Origin: an uncultured delta proteobacterium
GTDB taxonomy: Bacteria > Desulfobacterota > Binatia > UBA9968
DNA length: 62,252 bases
Reading direction: 5' to 3'
NCBI GenBank assembly: GCA_963840855.1
Contig: CAWJBB010000032.1
Location: 1-62,252 of the forward strand
Position 1 is the stretch's first letter. Each line of letters opens with the position of its first letter. Under the pieces are notes generated by a model. It saw nothing but the letters and a program-made list of their open reading frames with translations, ran no database searches and was not told the DNA's origin. Shown piece after piece: positions 30,582 to 40,781 of this stretch. Both the position numbers and the translations under genes were made by a program.

Positions 30582-32328
30582 GCCAAACATATTTGAAATT
30601 TTTCTGAGGTTGATCATGAGCGATCGATCTGATCATGTTGTGGGCCTCACACGAACCAGCGAGAGGACGGCCCATGGAAACGTTTATGCGCCTGTATGGC
30701 AACCTGATCGTGTTTGTCTACCACTGTTTCGACCGTATCGTGATTAGGGGCTATCTCTCTATGCTGTCGCGTCCTGAGAACGTGGTTTACTTCTTTCACA
30801 AGGTCGTGGGTATCCCACTTATTACCAAAGAGGTTTTGGTGCAGAGGACTCACGACTACCAGCGCTGGGTAGAAGGCTTTGCCCGAAACCATAGCATTCC
30901 CATGCAATGGGCTGAGAAGGGCGTTAAAAAGGAAGAGTTTGTCGAGCCATTGTTGCGCCGCATGGAACGAGCCCAGCGCTATGGGGTCTACTTCATCTTC
31001 CAGAGCATGGAGCAGGGGGCCACCTTGCGCTCGCGAAAGCCTAAGTTCACCACCGCTGATCCGAATTACCAAATCCTGAGCAAATGCCGCAGCCGCTTTA
31101 CCCACTACTACTTCTATCTCCGTGACCCTGCCCTGGGAGCGCTGGTCATCCGAGTGGCTTCCTTCCTGCCCTTTCACACCACCTATTGGCTCAACGGTCA
31201 CAACTTCATCGAGATAGAACTGAAACGCAGCCGAGTCCAGTTCCGCAAAAATGACAACGCTTTTCTTTGCGTTTCCAACCCCAAGGCCCTTCAGGCCGCT
31301 GCCGATCGGCTTAGCCCAGAGCTGATTCGCCAGCGGCTGGACTACTGGACTTTTCTTTTGGGACCCAAATTCTCTGAGCGAGAGAGAAAGGCGATGAACC
31401 TTCATCGCTTTTACGCCATCAGCCAAATCGAGTACTGCCGTAACTTCACCTTTAAGCGCAACTTCCCGATCCGAAACCTCTTCCAGCGCTCCTGCGAGCT
31501 GGGGCTTTTGCTCCTGACGGCTGACAAAATCTCGGAGTTCTTCGGTCAGCGCATCAAAAAAAGGCTTAAGGGCAAAGTGCATACGACCCTGGAGCGAGTC
31601 GAGCACGGTCATCACATCTTGAGAGCCTACTTCAAGAACGCCTTTGTCAAACAGTACGAGAAGTTTCTCACTTTCCTCAGAGGCGAAGTGTGCAGCAACA
31701 ACCTCGCCGACTTTCATCTGAAGAAATCTCTCGATAACCTCCCCACGGTGCGTCAGGTCCTCTGTGAGGTTACTGACCGCTTCTCCGCTTTCCAAGCTCA
31801 AACCCTCAACGTGCATGTCGACTTCGCTCTGTTCCAACGCCTGGCCCGGCCTGTGGTGGCGGGCAAAAGCAACATTCCCGGAATTAAGATCCACGACATT
31901 CGCATGGTTCGGTTGATGGAAGTTCTGCTCCATAGCGGCAGACAAATGTCGGCTTGGCGCACTGCCCAAATTCATCAGCTGATAACCCGTACTTACAATC
32001 TCAAGCCCTACACCCTCACTCAGCTGCGTTATGATCTGAGAAAACTCAAAGCCCATGGCCTGCTGGAGCGCCAGGGCCGACGCTATCTTTACCGGCTTAC
32101 CGACAAGGGGTTAAAAGTCGCTGTGATGTTTGTCCTTTTCCACAAGCGTGTCTGTGGCCCGTTGGCCCACAGCCTTTTTAACCGAAAGCCAGACCCAACA
32201 CTCTCGGTAAACAGCAAACTGGAAACCGCGTATCGCAAAGCTGATGACTCCATTCAAAAAATCGTCGACCTTCTAGCGGCATGAATATGTTAGAAACAAA
32301 TTCTCAGACTGTACCGAGTAAGAATCTA
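30582..32328 (+). mobile_element. single-gene insertion element without TIRs, inserted in an AAAATC(N) heptamer repeat
   Basis: AATCTA at both junctions (30576-30581, 32323-32328); removing the element restores AATCTAA-AATCCAA-AATCGAA-AATCTAA-AATGG. Confidence 0.75.
30674..32284 (+). CDS. putative transposase with Rep_trans-like motifs and C-terminal winged helix
   Basis: HCFDRIVIRGYL N-terminus; SQIEYCRN, KQYEK, LRGE; C-terminal YDLRKLKAHGLLER..YRLT wHTH; GAGAGG RBS. Confidence 0.7.
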   Translation: METFMRLYGNLIVFVYHCFDRIVIRGYLSMLSRPENVVYFFHKVVGIPLITKEVLVQRTHDYQRWVEGFARNHSIPMQWAEKGVKKEEFVEPLLRRMERAQRYGVYFIFQSMEQGATLRSRKPKFTTADPNYQILSKCRSRFTHYYFYLRDPALGALVIRVASFLPFHTTYWLNGHNFIEIELKRSRVQFRKNDNAFLCVSNPKALQAAADRLSPELIRQRLDYWTFLLGPKFSERERKAMNLHRFYAISQIEYCRNFTFKRNFPIRNLFQRSCELGLLLLTADKISEFFGQRIKKRLKGKVHTTLERVEHGHHILRAYFKNAFVKQYEKFLTFLRGEVCSNNLADFHLKKSLDNLPTVRQVLCEVTDRFSAFQAQTLNVHVDFALFQRLARPVVAGKSNIPGIKIHDIRMVRLMEVLLHSGRQMSAWRTAQIHQLITRTYNLKPYTLTQLRYDLRKLKAHGLLERQGRRYLYRLTDKGLKVAVMFVLFHKRVCGPLAHSLFNRKPDPTLSVNSKLETAYRKADDSIQKIVDLLAA

Positions 32329-32345
32329 AAATGGTTAGGCGGTTT

Positions 32346-32385
32346 CACCGAATGTGCTGGTAAGAGCGGATAAGGTGATTCGCTG
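32346..32385 (+). pseudogene. terminal codons of an ABC_sub_bind gene
   Basis: CCGAATGTGCTGGTAAGAGCGGATAAGGTGATTCGCTGA encodes [12 protein letters not shown]. Confidence 0.7.
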
Positions 32386-32449
32386 AGGCGTGAGTTCCTT
32401 CGACTTTGCTCAGGACAGGCTCCCGGCGGAAGGCGTGAGAAGGAGAACA

Positions 32450-33445
32450 ATGAAGAAAAAGATTTTAAATATTGCTTTAGGCACTTTGCTCTTAGCTTTT
32501 AGCGTTCATGTCGAAGCACAACAGCTGGCGGGGAAGGTTCCGCGGATCGGGTTTCTCGATTCAGGTTCCGCCTCTGACCCAAGGAACACTCTCGGCGTCG
32601 AAGCATTGCGCCAGGGACTTCGTGATCTAGGCTACATCGAGGGGAAAAACATCAACATCGACTACAGGTATGACGAAGGGAAACCGGGACGGCTACAAGA
32701 GTTGGCCGAAGAGCTAGTCCGTCTGAAAGTCGATATCCTCTTGGCGATGGACACGAACGCGGCCCGAGTGGTCAAAAAATCGACTGCAACTATTCCAGTC
32801 GTCTTTACGACTGGCGGCAGTCCTATTACCAACGGGCTTGTGGCGAGTCTCGCCCGGCCAGGCGGTAATGTCACGGGGGTTACGACCAACTCCCCGGTGT
32901 TGGCTGGCAAGCGTCTCGAACTGTTGAAGGAAGCCGTTCCAAAGGTCTTGCGCTTTGCCTTTCTCGGTGATGCGGACAGCGCGAGTACTAATGCGATATT
33001 CAACGAAGCGCGGGGAGCTGCAAAGGTTTTAGGTATTGAGTTTTTATCGGTAGCGGTAAAAGGCCCAAATCCGGATATCGAGGGCGCATTCCGAACCATG
33101 ATCAAGGAGCGCCTTGGCGCCTTCGTCACGGAAGCACCACCGCTCATCAGTTTTCGGCGAGAAATGATTTTGAAGCTTGCGGCACAATACCGCATCCCCG
33201 CGATATACACGGACCAAGAATGGGTGAATGCCGGTGGGCTCATGTCTTACGGGGCGAACCGAGTTGAGCCCTATCGCCGCGTGACCGTCTACGTCGACAA
33301 GATTCTCAAAGGCGCTAAACCCGCTGACTTGCCAGTGGAGCAGCCGACGAAATTTGAGTTCGTTATAAATCTCAAAACAGCTAAAGCGCTCAACTTGACG
33401 ATCCCGCAGTCGGTGCTGTACCGGGCGGATAAAGTCATTAAATGA
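32450..33445 (+). CDS. ABC transporter substrate-binding protein (ABC_sub_bind family)
   Basis: AGGAG RBS before ATG 32450; family motifs. Confidence 0.92.
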   Translation: MKKKILNIALGTLLLAFSVHVEAQQLAGKVPRIGFLDSGSASDPRNTLGVEALRQGLRDLGYIEGKNINIDYRYDEGKPGRLQELAEELVRLKVDILLAMDTNAARVVKKSTATIPVVFTTGGSPITNGLVASLARPGGNVTGVTTNSPVLAGKRLELLKEAVPKVLRFAFLGDADSASTNAIFNEARGAAKVLGIEFLSVAVKGPNPDIEGAFRTMIKERLGAFVTEAPPLISFRREMILKLAAQYRIPAIYTDQEWVNAGGLMSYGANRVEPYRRVTVYVDKILKGAKPADLPVEQPTKFEFVINLKTAKALNLTIPQSVLYRADKVIK

Positions 33446-33549
33446 TTTTATCGATTTTCGATTGCCAATTTTAGATTTGGGAGAAAAACAAAATGCATGA
33501 GAGAACCTGGATGTGATTTTCGAATTCTTGCCCCGACAATTGCAAATCG

Positions 33550-33936
33550 CTAGAGCTTGTAGAGAGGAAAGCGAAGGGCGCGGGTTGCGTCAAGAAGCCA
33601 GCCATCGTAGACCGCGACAGAAATGCGCTGGCCCTGCTTTCGGAGAAATTCCATCGATGCCAAATGGAGGGCATCCAGGGTACGGACCGGTTTTGGGAAA
33701 GGCTCCAAGGCTCTCGCGAGCACCGGCGGGGAAAGCTCAACAAGTGCGACGCGGCCCAGCAGGGAACGCACCTCATCCGCATGCGACCCGGTGAGTTTGC
33801 GCGCATGAATCCGAGTCCAGACTTCATATTCAAGCAGGCGGCTGGAAATCAGATCCTCGTGCCAAAGCCGTTCGGGTGGCGTCCGGTCTTCCGCCAGCAG
33901 ATGAGCAAGGGCAACCGAAGTATCGAGATAGATCAA
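33550..33936 (-). CDS. vapC: PIN-domain (VapC) toxin
   Basis: IYLDTS, LLEYE, RTLDALHLA, YD acidic motifs; overlaps the antitoxin stop. Confidence 0.88.
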   Translation of the reverse strand: MIYLDTSVALAHLLAEDRTPPERLWHEDLISSRLLEYEVWTRIHARKLTGSHADEVRSLLGRVALVELSPPVLARALEPFPKPVRTLDALHLASMEFLRKQGQRISVAVYDGWLLDATRALRFPLYKL

Positions 33937-34223
33937 CGCTCGCTCCGGTCGCGCTCGAGTTCCCGCTGTAGCTCGCGTAAGGCCATGACCGGCTTGCGCG
34001 GCGGAGGCCCCGATGCTGCAAGCGCCGGAGGCGTGATCCAGCCTTGGCGGACCGCTTCGGCCAGCAAAGCATCGGCTAGCACCGGGCTTCTCGTTCTTTC
34101 AGGAGGAACGAGTTCCGCGACGACCCGATCCCGGTCGGTGACCAACACCGTCTCACCGCGCTCGGCAAGGCGAACGTATTCACTGAGCTTATTCTTCAGA
34201 ACTTTTAAGCCGACGGCTTTCAT
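33933..34223 (-). CDS. Phd/YefM-family antitoxin
   Basis: LKNKLSEYVRLAERGETVLVTDRDRVVAELVP. Confidence 0.88.
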   Translation of the reverse strand: MKAVGLKVLKNKLSEYVRLAERGETVLVTDRDRVVAELVPPERTRSPVLADALLAEAVRQGWITPPALAASGPPPRKPVMALRELQRELERDRSER

Positions 34224-34234
34224 TGAGCACTAAT

Positions 34235-34252
34235 GTAGCTTCCGGTAGCTAC
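34235..34252. promoter_or_regulatory. probable TA operator palindrome GTAGCT-N6-AGCTAC
   Basis: inverted repeat overlapping a TACATT -10 just upstream of the antitoxin ATG. Confidence 0.55.
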
Positions 34253-34287
34253 CTATGGCAAGGACCGAGGGGTGCCAGGTGATGAGT

Positions 34288-34646
34288 ATGAAAACCAAAG
34301 TTACACTTCTAATCGGTGTAGTAATTGTGTCGATATTCGTGGAGCCGGCGCTGGATCAGGCGCAGCAGCCAACAAAGTCCCTCGGATAGGAACCTAAGTG
34401 GTACCTCTCTTTCGGCTGCCTCCGCCCGCGTCGAGGCATTTAAGCATGGCCTGCGCGAGCTCGGGTACGTGGAGGGGAATAACATCGTCATTGAGTCGCG
34501 ATCGGATGAAGGAAAACTCGATCGAAATCGCGGCACGCGGCCGAGCTGGCGCGTCTCAAGGTTGACATCATCGTGGTATCAGGAGGGGGATCGGGCTAAC
34601 GATTCCGCCGGAGGTACTCGCCCGAGCGAATAGGCTGATCAAGTGA
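34288..34646 (+). pseudogene. internally deleted, frameshifted ABC_sub_bind gene
   Basis: signal peptide and AQQP, GLRELGYVEG, then jumps to IGLTIPPEVLARANRLIK*. Confidence 0.8.
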
Positions 34647-34713
34647 TTCCGGATAGTGTACCAAATGCAAGTAGTATTGTATAAAGTGTCACCATTAGCT
34701 AGATTGACATCGA

Positions 34714-35874
34714 ATGGTTCGAAGGCACTTTTGGATCAAGCAGTTAGAAGGCGCCTGGAAGCGGCGGTCCGTGGTCTGGCTATCCGGGGTTCGGCGAGCC
34801 GGCAAGACTTTCCTGACGCAGAGTCTCGGAGATGTCGAATATTTCGACTGTGAGCTTCCGCGTGTGCGCCGCATGATTGACGACCCCGAAGAATTCCTCC
34901 AGGACAATCGTGGTCGGAGGATCGTCTTAGATGAGATTCACCGGCTTGAACGGCCATCGGAGATTTTGAAAATCGCCGCGGACCATTTTCCCGATACCCG
35001 GATTCTCGCGACCGGCTCCTCGACCCTCGGGGCCTCAGCCAAATTTCGCGACACCTTGGCCGGACGTAAAGAGGAACTATGGCTCACCCCCATGACCACC
35101 GATGATCTCGAAGATTTCGGCGGGGCGGATCTTCATCATCGTCTTCTGCACGGAGGCCTGCCGCCGTTCTTTCTTGAAAAAGAGCTTCCAGAAAGAAATT
35201 TCCAGGAATGGATGGATGCTTACTGGGCGAAGGATATCCAAGAGCTTTTCCGACTCGAACGCCGCCAGTCATTTCAAAAGTTTGCCGAGCTGCTCATGGC
35301 GCAGAGCGGCGGGATCTTCGAGGCGACGAAGTTTACGCGGCCCTGCGAAGTCAGTCGAACCACGATCGCCAACTATCTGGCCGTGCTCGAGGCGACCTTT
35401 GTCGCGCATGTGATCCGCCCCTACAGCTCACATCGCCCGACGGAGATCATCTCCGCTCCGAAAGTTTACGGTTTCGACACCGGGTTTGTCTGCTACCACC
35501 GTGGCTGGCACGAACTCAGGCGCGACGATCTAGGATTGTTGTGGGAGCATCTCGTCCTCAATGAAATGCACGCACACTTGCAGTCTCGCGAGATTCGCTA
35601 CTGGCGTGACAAGCGCGGGCACGAGGTCGATTTCATTCTGGCTCGCACGAAACAATCCTCCTTGGCGATCGAATGCAAATGGTCCGCGTCCGATTTCGAC
35701 GCCGGCAACCTGCAGGCGTTCAGGCGACCCTACCCTAAGGGCGACAACCTGGTGGTTGCCAATGACGTCGAGCGTTCTTTCACCAGATCTTACGGCGGCC
35801 TGTCCGTGCGGTTTGTCAGTTTGGCGCATTTGATTGCCGAGGTAACGAAGAAACAGCAATCGCGCGCGCAATGA
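34714..35874 (+). CDS. AAA_14 ATPase with DUF4143 (PD-(D/E)XK-like) C-terminus
   Basis: GVRRAGKT Walker A, VLDEIH Walker B, TGSS, PKVYGFDTG, EVDF..IECK. Confidence 0.88.
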   Translation: MVRRHFWIKQLEGAWKRRSVVWLSGVRRAGKTFLTQSLGDVEYFDCELPRVRRMIDDPEEFLQDNRGRRIVLDEIHRLERPSEILKIAADHFPDTRILATGSSTLGASAKFRDTLAGRKEELWLTPMTTDDLEDFGGADLHHRLLHGGLPPFFLEKELPERNFQEWMDAYWAKDIQELFRLERRQSFQKFAELLMAQSGGIFEATKFTRPCEVSRTTIANYLAVLEATFVAHVIRPYSSHRPTEIISAPKVYGFDTGFVCYHRGWHELRRDDLGLLWEHLVLNEMHAHLQSREIRYWRDKRGHEVDFILARTKQSSLAIECKWSASDFDAGNLQAFRRPYPKGDNLVVANDVERSFTRSYGGLSVRFVSLAHLIAEVTKKQQSRAQ

Positions 35875-35993
35875 TTTTAGGTTTGCGATTGGGGGAAACA
35901 AATACATGAAGAAAATTTGTCGGAGTCGGTTCTTCGATTCTCACTCCGACATTCTAAAAGGGGCCCCCCCAGACGAAAATCCAAAATCGAAAA

Positions 35994-37066
35994 TTGGTGG
36001 GACTTCTCGCGCTGGTCATCGCGTGCGCGCTGATCGTGGCTGTGGCTCAGGCGCAGCAGCCAGCGAAAGTCCCCCGCATAGGGTTTCTGGATTCAAGCAC
36101 TGGTAGCGCGGGCCTCGCGGAAGCGTTCCGACAGGAGCTAAGCAGGCTTGGATGGATTGAAGGAAAAAACATCACCATCGAGTACCGGTTTTCAGAGCAA
36201 AAGTCTGAGCGCCTGCCTGAGCTTGCGGCGGAGCTGGTTCGACTTAAGGTTGATCTAATTGTGGTCGCATCGGTGTTGTCGCCGTTAGCCGCCAAGAGCG
36301 CCACGCCTACCATCCCTCTCGTGATGACGAATGCTGGGGACCCTGTGGGTGCTGGTCTGATCGCTAGTCTGGCGCGGCCGGGAGGCAATGTCGCCGGCTT
36401 CTCAAGTTTACCGCCTGAGTTAAATCCCTGCGGGGTCATATTCCCCGAAGCTTGCTTCGCTTAGAACGGTTCTCAGGTTTTTTTGGTTTTGATACCCCGC
36501 AGCTTGCTGCGGGGTAGTTCATTACCAAAAGGCTAGAGATACTCAAGGACGCAGTTCCCAAGCTCGCCCGAGTTGGACTTCTACGGCCGCCGGGAGCCAG
36601 CATACCAAGAGACATCCAACTGAAAGAGATCAGGCCTGCGGCGGTGGCACTGAAGCTAAAATTGGAGGAGATCGACATTCCAGCCGACGCCAAAGATTTA
36701 GAGAGCGCCTTTCAAACCGCAAAGCAGAAGCAGGTCAACGGGATTATGACGACCGGCGCCCGCTCTTTTTTCACCGAAAGAAAGCGGATCGTCGAGCTTT
36801 CCGGCAAGTACCGCTTGCCGGCGATTTACCCGCAGGATGAGTTTGTCGAAGCCGGCGGTCTCATGTCCTACGGAACGGACTACAATGACCTCTATCGGCG
36901 CGCGGTTGTTTACGTGGACAAGATACTCGAAGGTGCCAAACCGGCTGATTTGCCGGTGCAGCAGGCAACGAAGTTTGAATTCATCATCAATCTCAAAGCC
37001 GCCAAGCAGATCGGTCTGACGATTCCGCCGAATGTGCTGGTGAGAGCGGACGAGGTAATAAGATAG
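35994..37066 (+). pseudogene. ABC_sub_bind gene disrupted by a 98-bp insertion
   Basis: ...PPEL then ITKRLEILKD...; removing 36423-36520 restores the frame to 37066. Confidence 0.85.
36423..36520 (-). mobile_element. non-autonomous IS200/IS605-type element (PATE/MITE)
   Basis: minus-strand end GAACTACCCCGCAGCAAGCTGCGGGGTATC hairpin, second hairpin GAAGCAAGCTTC; no TIR and no clear TSD. Confidence 0.7.
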
Positions 37067-37142
37067 GCGTGAGTTCCTTCGACTTTGCTCAGGCTCCCGG
37101 CGGAAGGCCTGAGAAAAATGATTTTGGATTGAGGGGAAAGAC

Positions 37143-37295
37143 AATGGAACGAAATTGGATTGATTCTTTCGACATTAACTTTCAATCCGTACTCCACAAT
37201 CTCAAATCCGTAATTCTATTCTGCGCCATGCTCTTTGCGCTTTGCTTTTCCGCCGATGCGCAGCAGGCGAAGAAAGGTCCTGGTATAAGCTATCT
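37143..37295 (+). pseudogene. N-terminal fragment of ABC_sub_bind gene
   Basis: CAMLFALCFSADAQQAKK..ISYL, then homology ends. Confidence 0.7.
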
Positions 37296-37373
37296 GAGGG
37301 GCCACTATTGACTCCACTTGAAAATTCCCCTCCATTTTCGATTCTCGCGCCTGCCGCCAGTTCTTTTCAAACA

Positions 37374-37389
37374 CGTCCAATATTGGACA
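37374..37389 (+). promoter_or_regulatory. Crp/Fnr-type box CGTCCAATATTGGACA upstream of nfeD-floA
   Basis: 14-bp perfect palindromic core; GGGTACGTT downstream. Confidence 0.8.
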
Positions 37390-37507
37390 GCAATCCCGCG
37401 GCGATCCGGGGTACGTTTGAGTACTTGACAGAGGGTTTGGTGTTCATCTTATAAAGGCTCTCGCGGGCGATCCAAACCGGATCTTTAGCGCTGCGACAAT
37501 TGCGGCC

Positions 37508-38935
37508 GTGGCTTTTCCACTGACGTACGTAAGCAAAAAAACGTGGTTCGTGCATCGGACTTTTAACGGATGGGCGGTGCGACTCTCGATTGCCGGCCTC
37601 GGCCTTTTGGCGATTCTTATATCTAACCGGTTTGTCATCGCACAGAATGCGCCCGTGGTTTACGTTGCGCCGATCGAGGGAATCATCGACCTTGGGCTCG
37701 CACCTTACGTTCAGCGCGTTCTTAGCGAGGCGACCGATGCAGGCGCCGCGGCCGTCATTCTCGAGATCAATACCTTTGGCGGAAGGGTGGATGCGGCGGT
37801 TGTCATCCGCGACGCTTTGTTGAATGCGCGGGTCCGGACCGTGGCCTTTGTCAACAAGCGAGCTATCTCCGCCGGCGCTCTAATCAGTCTCGCTGCCGAG
37901 AAAATCGTCATGGCCGACGGCGGCACGATCGGCGCGGCAACGCCCGTGCAAATAGGGCAGCCAGGCGCGCCCGCTCAGCCGGTGGAGGAAAAGACCGTCT
38001 CCTATGTGCGCAAGGAGTTTCGCGCGACGGCTGAGATGCGCAAACGGCCGCCGCTTATCGCCGAGGCAATGGTGGACGCGGACGTGGAGATCCCCGGTCT
38101 CATTCGAAAAGGAAAGCTCTTGACGCTCACGACCGAGGAAGCGCTGAAGCATAAGGTTGCCGATTTTCGCGCCGGGACCATAGAGAGCGTGCTAGAGCAA
38201 TTGGGTCTTGCCGGATCACAGGTAAGGCGGGTATCGCCCAACTGGGCGGAGTATTTGGTTCGCTTCCTCACGAATCCCATTGTCAGTTCTCTGCTCATGA
38301 CCATCGGCATGCTCGGGATCATCCTGGAGATCCGAACACCCGGCTTCGGCGTGCCTGGAGTCCTCGGTATCGCAAGCCTGACGCTGTTCTTTTGGGGCCA
38401 CTCGCTGGTCCAGTTGGTGGGCTGGGAAGAAATTTTGCTGGTCGGGTCCGGTCTCGCGCTACTGATCTTGGAGGTTTTTGTTATTCCCGGCTTTGGCCTC
38501 GCGGGAGTGCTCGGAATCGGCGCACTGCTCGCCGGCCTGAGCCTCAGCCTGATAGGCGCCGGCGCCACATGGGAGTTCGTTTTTACAGCAGTGGGACGCG
38601 TGGTCATTGCAATCCTTTTGGCGCTCGCCGCCAGCCTGGTCATGCTACGATTTTTACCGCGCCTGCCTTTCGGGCGACGGCTGATTCTCGAGACCGGACT
38701 TCCCGCAGGCCAAGGATACGCCTCGGCGCCCGCGGGCGATAGTAACTGGCTGGGGAAAAGCGGGACAGCATTCTCGCCGCTTCGACCGGCAGGCATCGCA
38801 GAGATTGAAAGTGAGCGGGTGGATGTGGTGTCCGATGGCGAGTTTATCGACGCTGGAGCGCCGATTGTGGTGAGCCGCGTTGATGGCAACCGTATCGTGG
38901 TGCGGCGACATCCCTTATTAACAGAAAGGAGTTAA
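37508..38935 (+). CDS. nfeD: NfeD/YqeZ membrane-bound ClpP-class serine protease (start uncertain)
   Basis: [22 protein letters not shown] domain, C-terminal PLRPAG OB fold. Confidence 0.9.
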   Translation: MAFPLTYVSKKTWFVHRTFNGWAVRLSIAGLGLLAILISNRFVIAQNAPVVYVAPIEGIIDLGLAPYVQRVLSEATDAGAAAVILEINTFGGRVDAAVVIRDALLNARVRTVAFVNKRAISAGALISLAAEKIVMADGGTIGAATPVQIGQPGAPAQPVEEKTVSYVRKEFRATAEMRKRPPLIAEAMVDADVEIPGLIRKGKLLTLTTEEALKHKVADFRAGTIESVLEQLGLAGSQVRRVSPNWAEYLVRFLTNPIVSSLLMTIGMLGIILEIRTPGFGVPGVLGIASLTLFFWGHSLVQLVGWEEILLVGSGLALLILEVFVIPGFGLAGVLGIGALLAGLSLSLIGAGATWEFVFTAVGRVVIAILLALAASLVMLRFLPRLPFGRRLILETGLPAGQGYASAPAGDSNWLGKSGTAFSPLRPAGIAEIESERVDVVSDGEFIDAGAPIVVSRVDGNRIVVRRHPLLTERS

Positions 38936-38937
38936 AC

Positions 38938-39912
38938 ATGTTTGGCTTCGAGGTAGCGGGAGGCTTTGCGTTGCTGGTATTGCTGCTGGTGGGGTTAGTT
39001 TTTGTCTTGTATCTGGTTCCCATCCCACTCTGGATTGCCGCTTGGGCGTCGGGAGCGTACGTCGGACTCTTCACCCTCATCGGCATGCGCTTGAGACGAG
39101 TGCCGCCGGGCACGGTCATCACGGCGCGGATCAGCTCGGTGAAAGCCGGGTTGGATATTCCCCTCAATGATCTGGAAGCTCACTATCTGGCGGGCGGGAA
39201 CGTTGTCAGGGTGGTGAACGCGATGATTTCGGCGGACAAGGCCAACATCGCTTTGCCCTTCAAGCGCGCCGCGGCCATCGACTTGGCGGGGCGCGATGTA
39301 TTGGAAGCAGTAAAAATGTCGGTCATCCCCAAGGTGATTGAAACGCCGAAAATCGCCGCTGTAGCTAAAGACGGAATTCAGCTCATCGCCGTCTCTCGCG
39401 TGACTGTGCGCACCAACATTGACCGGCTCGTGGGCGGCGCCGGCGAGGAGACTATCATCGCGCGGGTGGGGGAGGGCATGGTGAGCACTATTGGCTCCTC
39501 TGATTCGCACAAGAGCGTGCTCGAAAATCCGGATCACATCTCTAAGAATGTCTTGAGCAAGGGGCTTGACGCGGGGACCGCGTACGAAATTCTCTCCATC
39601 GATATAGCCGACGTGGACGTGGGCGATAACATCGGCGCCAAGTTGCAGATCGACCAGGCGAACGCTGACAAGCAAATAGCGCAGGCCAAAGCCGAGGAGC
39701 GGCGCGCGATGGCCGTGGCTTTAGAACAGGAGATGCGGGCGCGCGTGGTAGAGGCGGAGGCTGAAGTGCCGCGCGCGATGGCCGAGGCCTTTCGCCAGGG
39801 GCACCTGGGCATCATGGACTACTATCGAATGAAAAACGTGCAAGCCGATACAGCCATGCGCGATAGCATCGCCGATACCGGAAACCAGTTTGACGGAACT
39901 CCAAAAAAGTAA
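38938..39912 (+). CDS. floA: flotillin-like protein FloA (YqfA)
   Basis: [44 protein letters not shown]. Confidence 0.93.
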   Translation: MFGFEVAGGFALLVLLLVGLVFVLYLVPIPLWIAAWASGAYVGLFTLIGMRLRRVPPGTVITARISSVKAGLDIPLNDLEAHYLAGGNVVRVVNAMISADKANIALPFKRAAAIDLAGRDVLEAVKMSVIPKVIETPKIAAVAKDGIQLIAVSRVTVRTNIDRLVGGAGEETIIARVGEGMVSTIGSSDSHKSVLENPDHISKNVLSKGLDAGTAYEILSIDIADVDVGDNIGAKLQIDQANADKQIAQAKAEERRAMAVALEQEMRARVVEAEAEVPRAMAEAFRQGHLGIMDYYRMKNVQADTAMRDSIADTGNQFDGTPKK

Positions 39913-39923
39913 CGGAAACCAGC

Positions 39924-40271
39924 ATGAAAAATCTGAGTTTCGGACAGATCCTTCTTCTGATCGTTTTTATCCTGGTACCGCTGATCAACTTTTTGATGCA
40001 GCGAGCTAGGAGACGTCTTGAAGGTCAAACACCGCAGGACAAAGCGGTGGCGCAGATTCGCCGGCAGGCTCAAACAACCTCGGCGAGTTTACCGGCGCCT
40101 CGTCCCTCCCGCGACCGGCTCCATGGATCGGCAGAGCCAACCGTTGCCGCGCCACTGTCCAGGCGGCGGATTTCCCAGCGATCGCTTTTAGAAAACAGAC
40201 GCGATGTGCGCCGTGGAATCATTATCATGACCATCCTGGGACCTTGCCGCACATTCGATCCATTGGACTAA
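39924..40271 (+). CDS. hypothetical membrane protein (third gene of nfeD-floA operon)
   Basis: N-terminal TM helix, C-terminal RRGIIIMTILGP. Confidence 0.75.
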   Translation: MKNLSFGQILLLIVFILVPLINFLMQRARRRLEGQTPQDKAVAQIRRQAQTTSASLPAPRPSRDRLHGSAEPTVAAPLSRRRISQRSLLENRRDVRRGIIIMTILGPCRTFDPLD

Positions 40272-40307
40272 CGGTCACGCGCGGTTTGTACCAAAATTAC
40301 TTAACGG

Positions 40308-40781
40308 TTACGCGAGCCGCAACTGGTTAAGGGATGCACGGGCGGTTCCCCCGCTTATATCCGGAATTATATTCAGTTCCAGTGTGGTCACGCCGTCCAG
40401 CTCAACAGAAAAATCTTCGACTTCGCCGGTCGTGTCGGGAGGGCTGAAGTTATATTGCTGCCGCACGATCTCGCGGTAAGACTGCCCCGTGTCTGCCGAC
40501 CAGCGCAGCACAAACTGTTGGGTTCGCTCCCGCTCATTCTCCTGAAAGACTAAATTCATCCGTTTGATCCTCTGTGGCTCGTGAAATAACAGGCGGATCG
40601 TCTGCTGTCCAGGTCGTTCCGCCCGCCAGCCCGATCCGCCCCCGGGTATTAATGCCGACTCGATCGGGTGCGCGGTGTCCTCGGAGGTCACTTCGACATC
40701 GGCGAGAGCTTCCAGATTCAACCAATGTCGATCCGCGGGCAAGATATCTTGAGATGCATGATTGATGATCCGTTTACGCAT
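40308..40781 (-). CDS. galactose-binding-like (jelly-roll) domain protein, copy 1
   Basis: VTSEDxxHPIESAL, GWRA, YREIVRQQYNFSP; GGAGG RBS. Confidence 0.75.
   Translation of the reverse strand: MRKRIINHASQDILPADRHWLNLEALADVEVTSEDTAHPIESALIPGGGSGWRAERPGQQTIRLLFHEPQRIKRMNLVFQENERERTQQFVLRWSADTGQSYREIVRQQYNFSPPDTTGEVEDFSVELDGVTTLELNIIPDISGGTARASLNQLRLA

Noticed and set aside
30647-32056. 469-aa antisense ORF over the putative transposase
   Set aside because: Fully overlaps the plus-strand gene and has no recognisable motifs; treated as a shadow ORF
26853-37295. True integron or CRISPR array
   Set aside because: No intI or cas genes; linkers lack clear attC RYYYAAC/GTTRRRY boxes and have no regular repeat-spacer period
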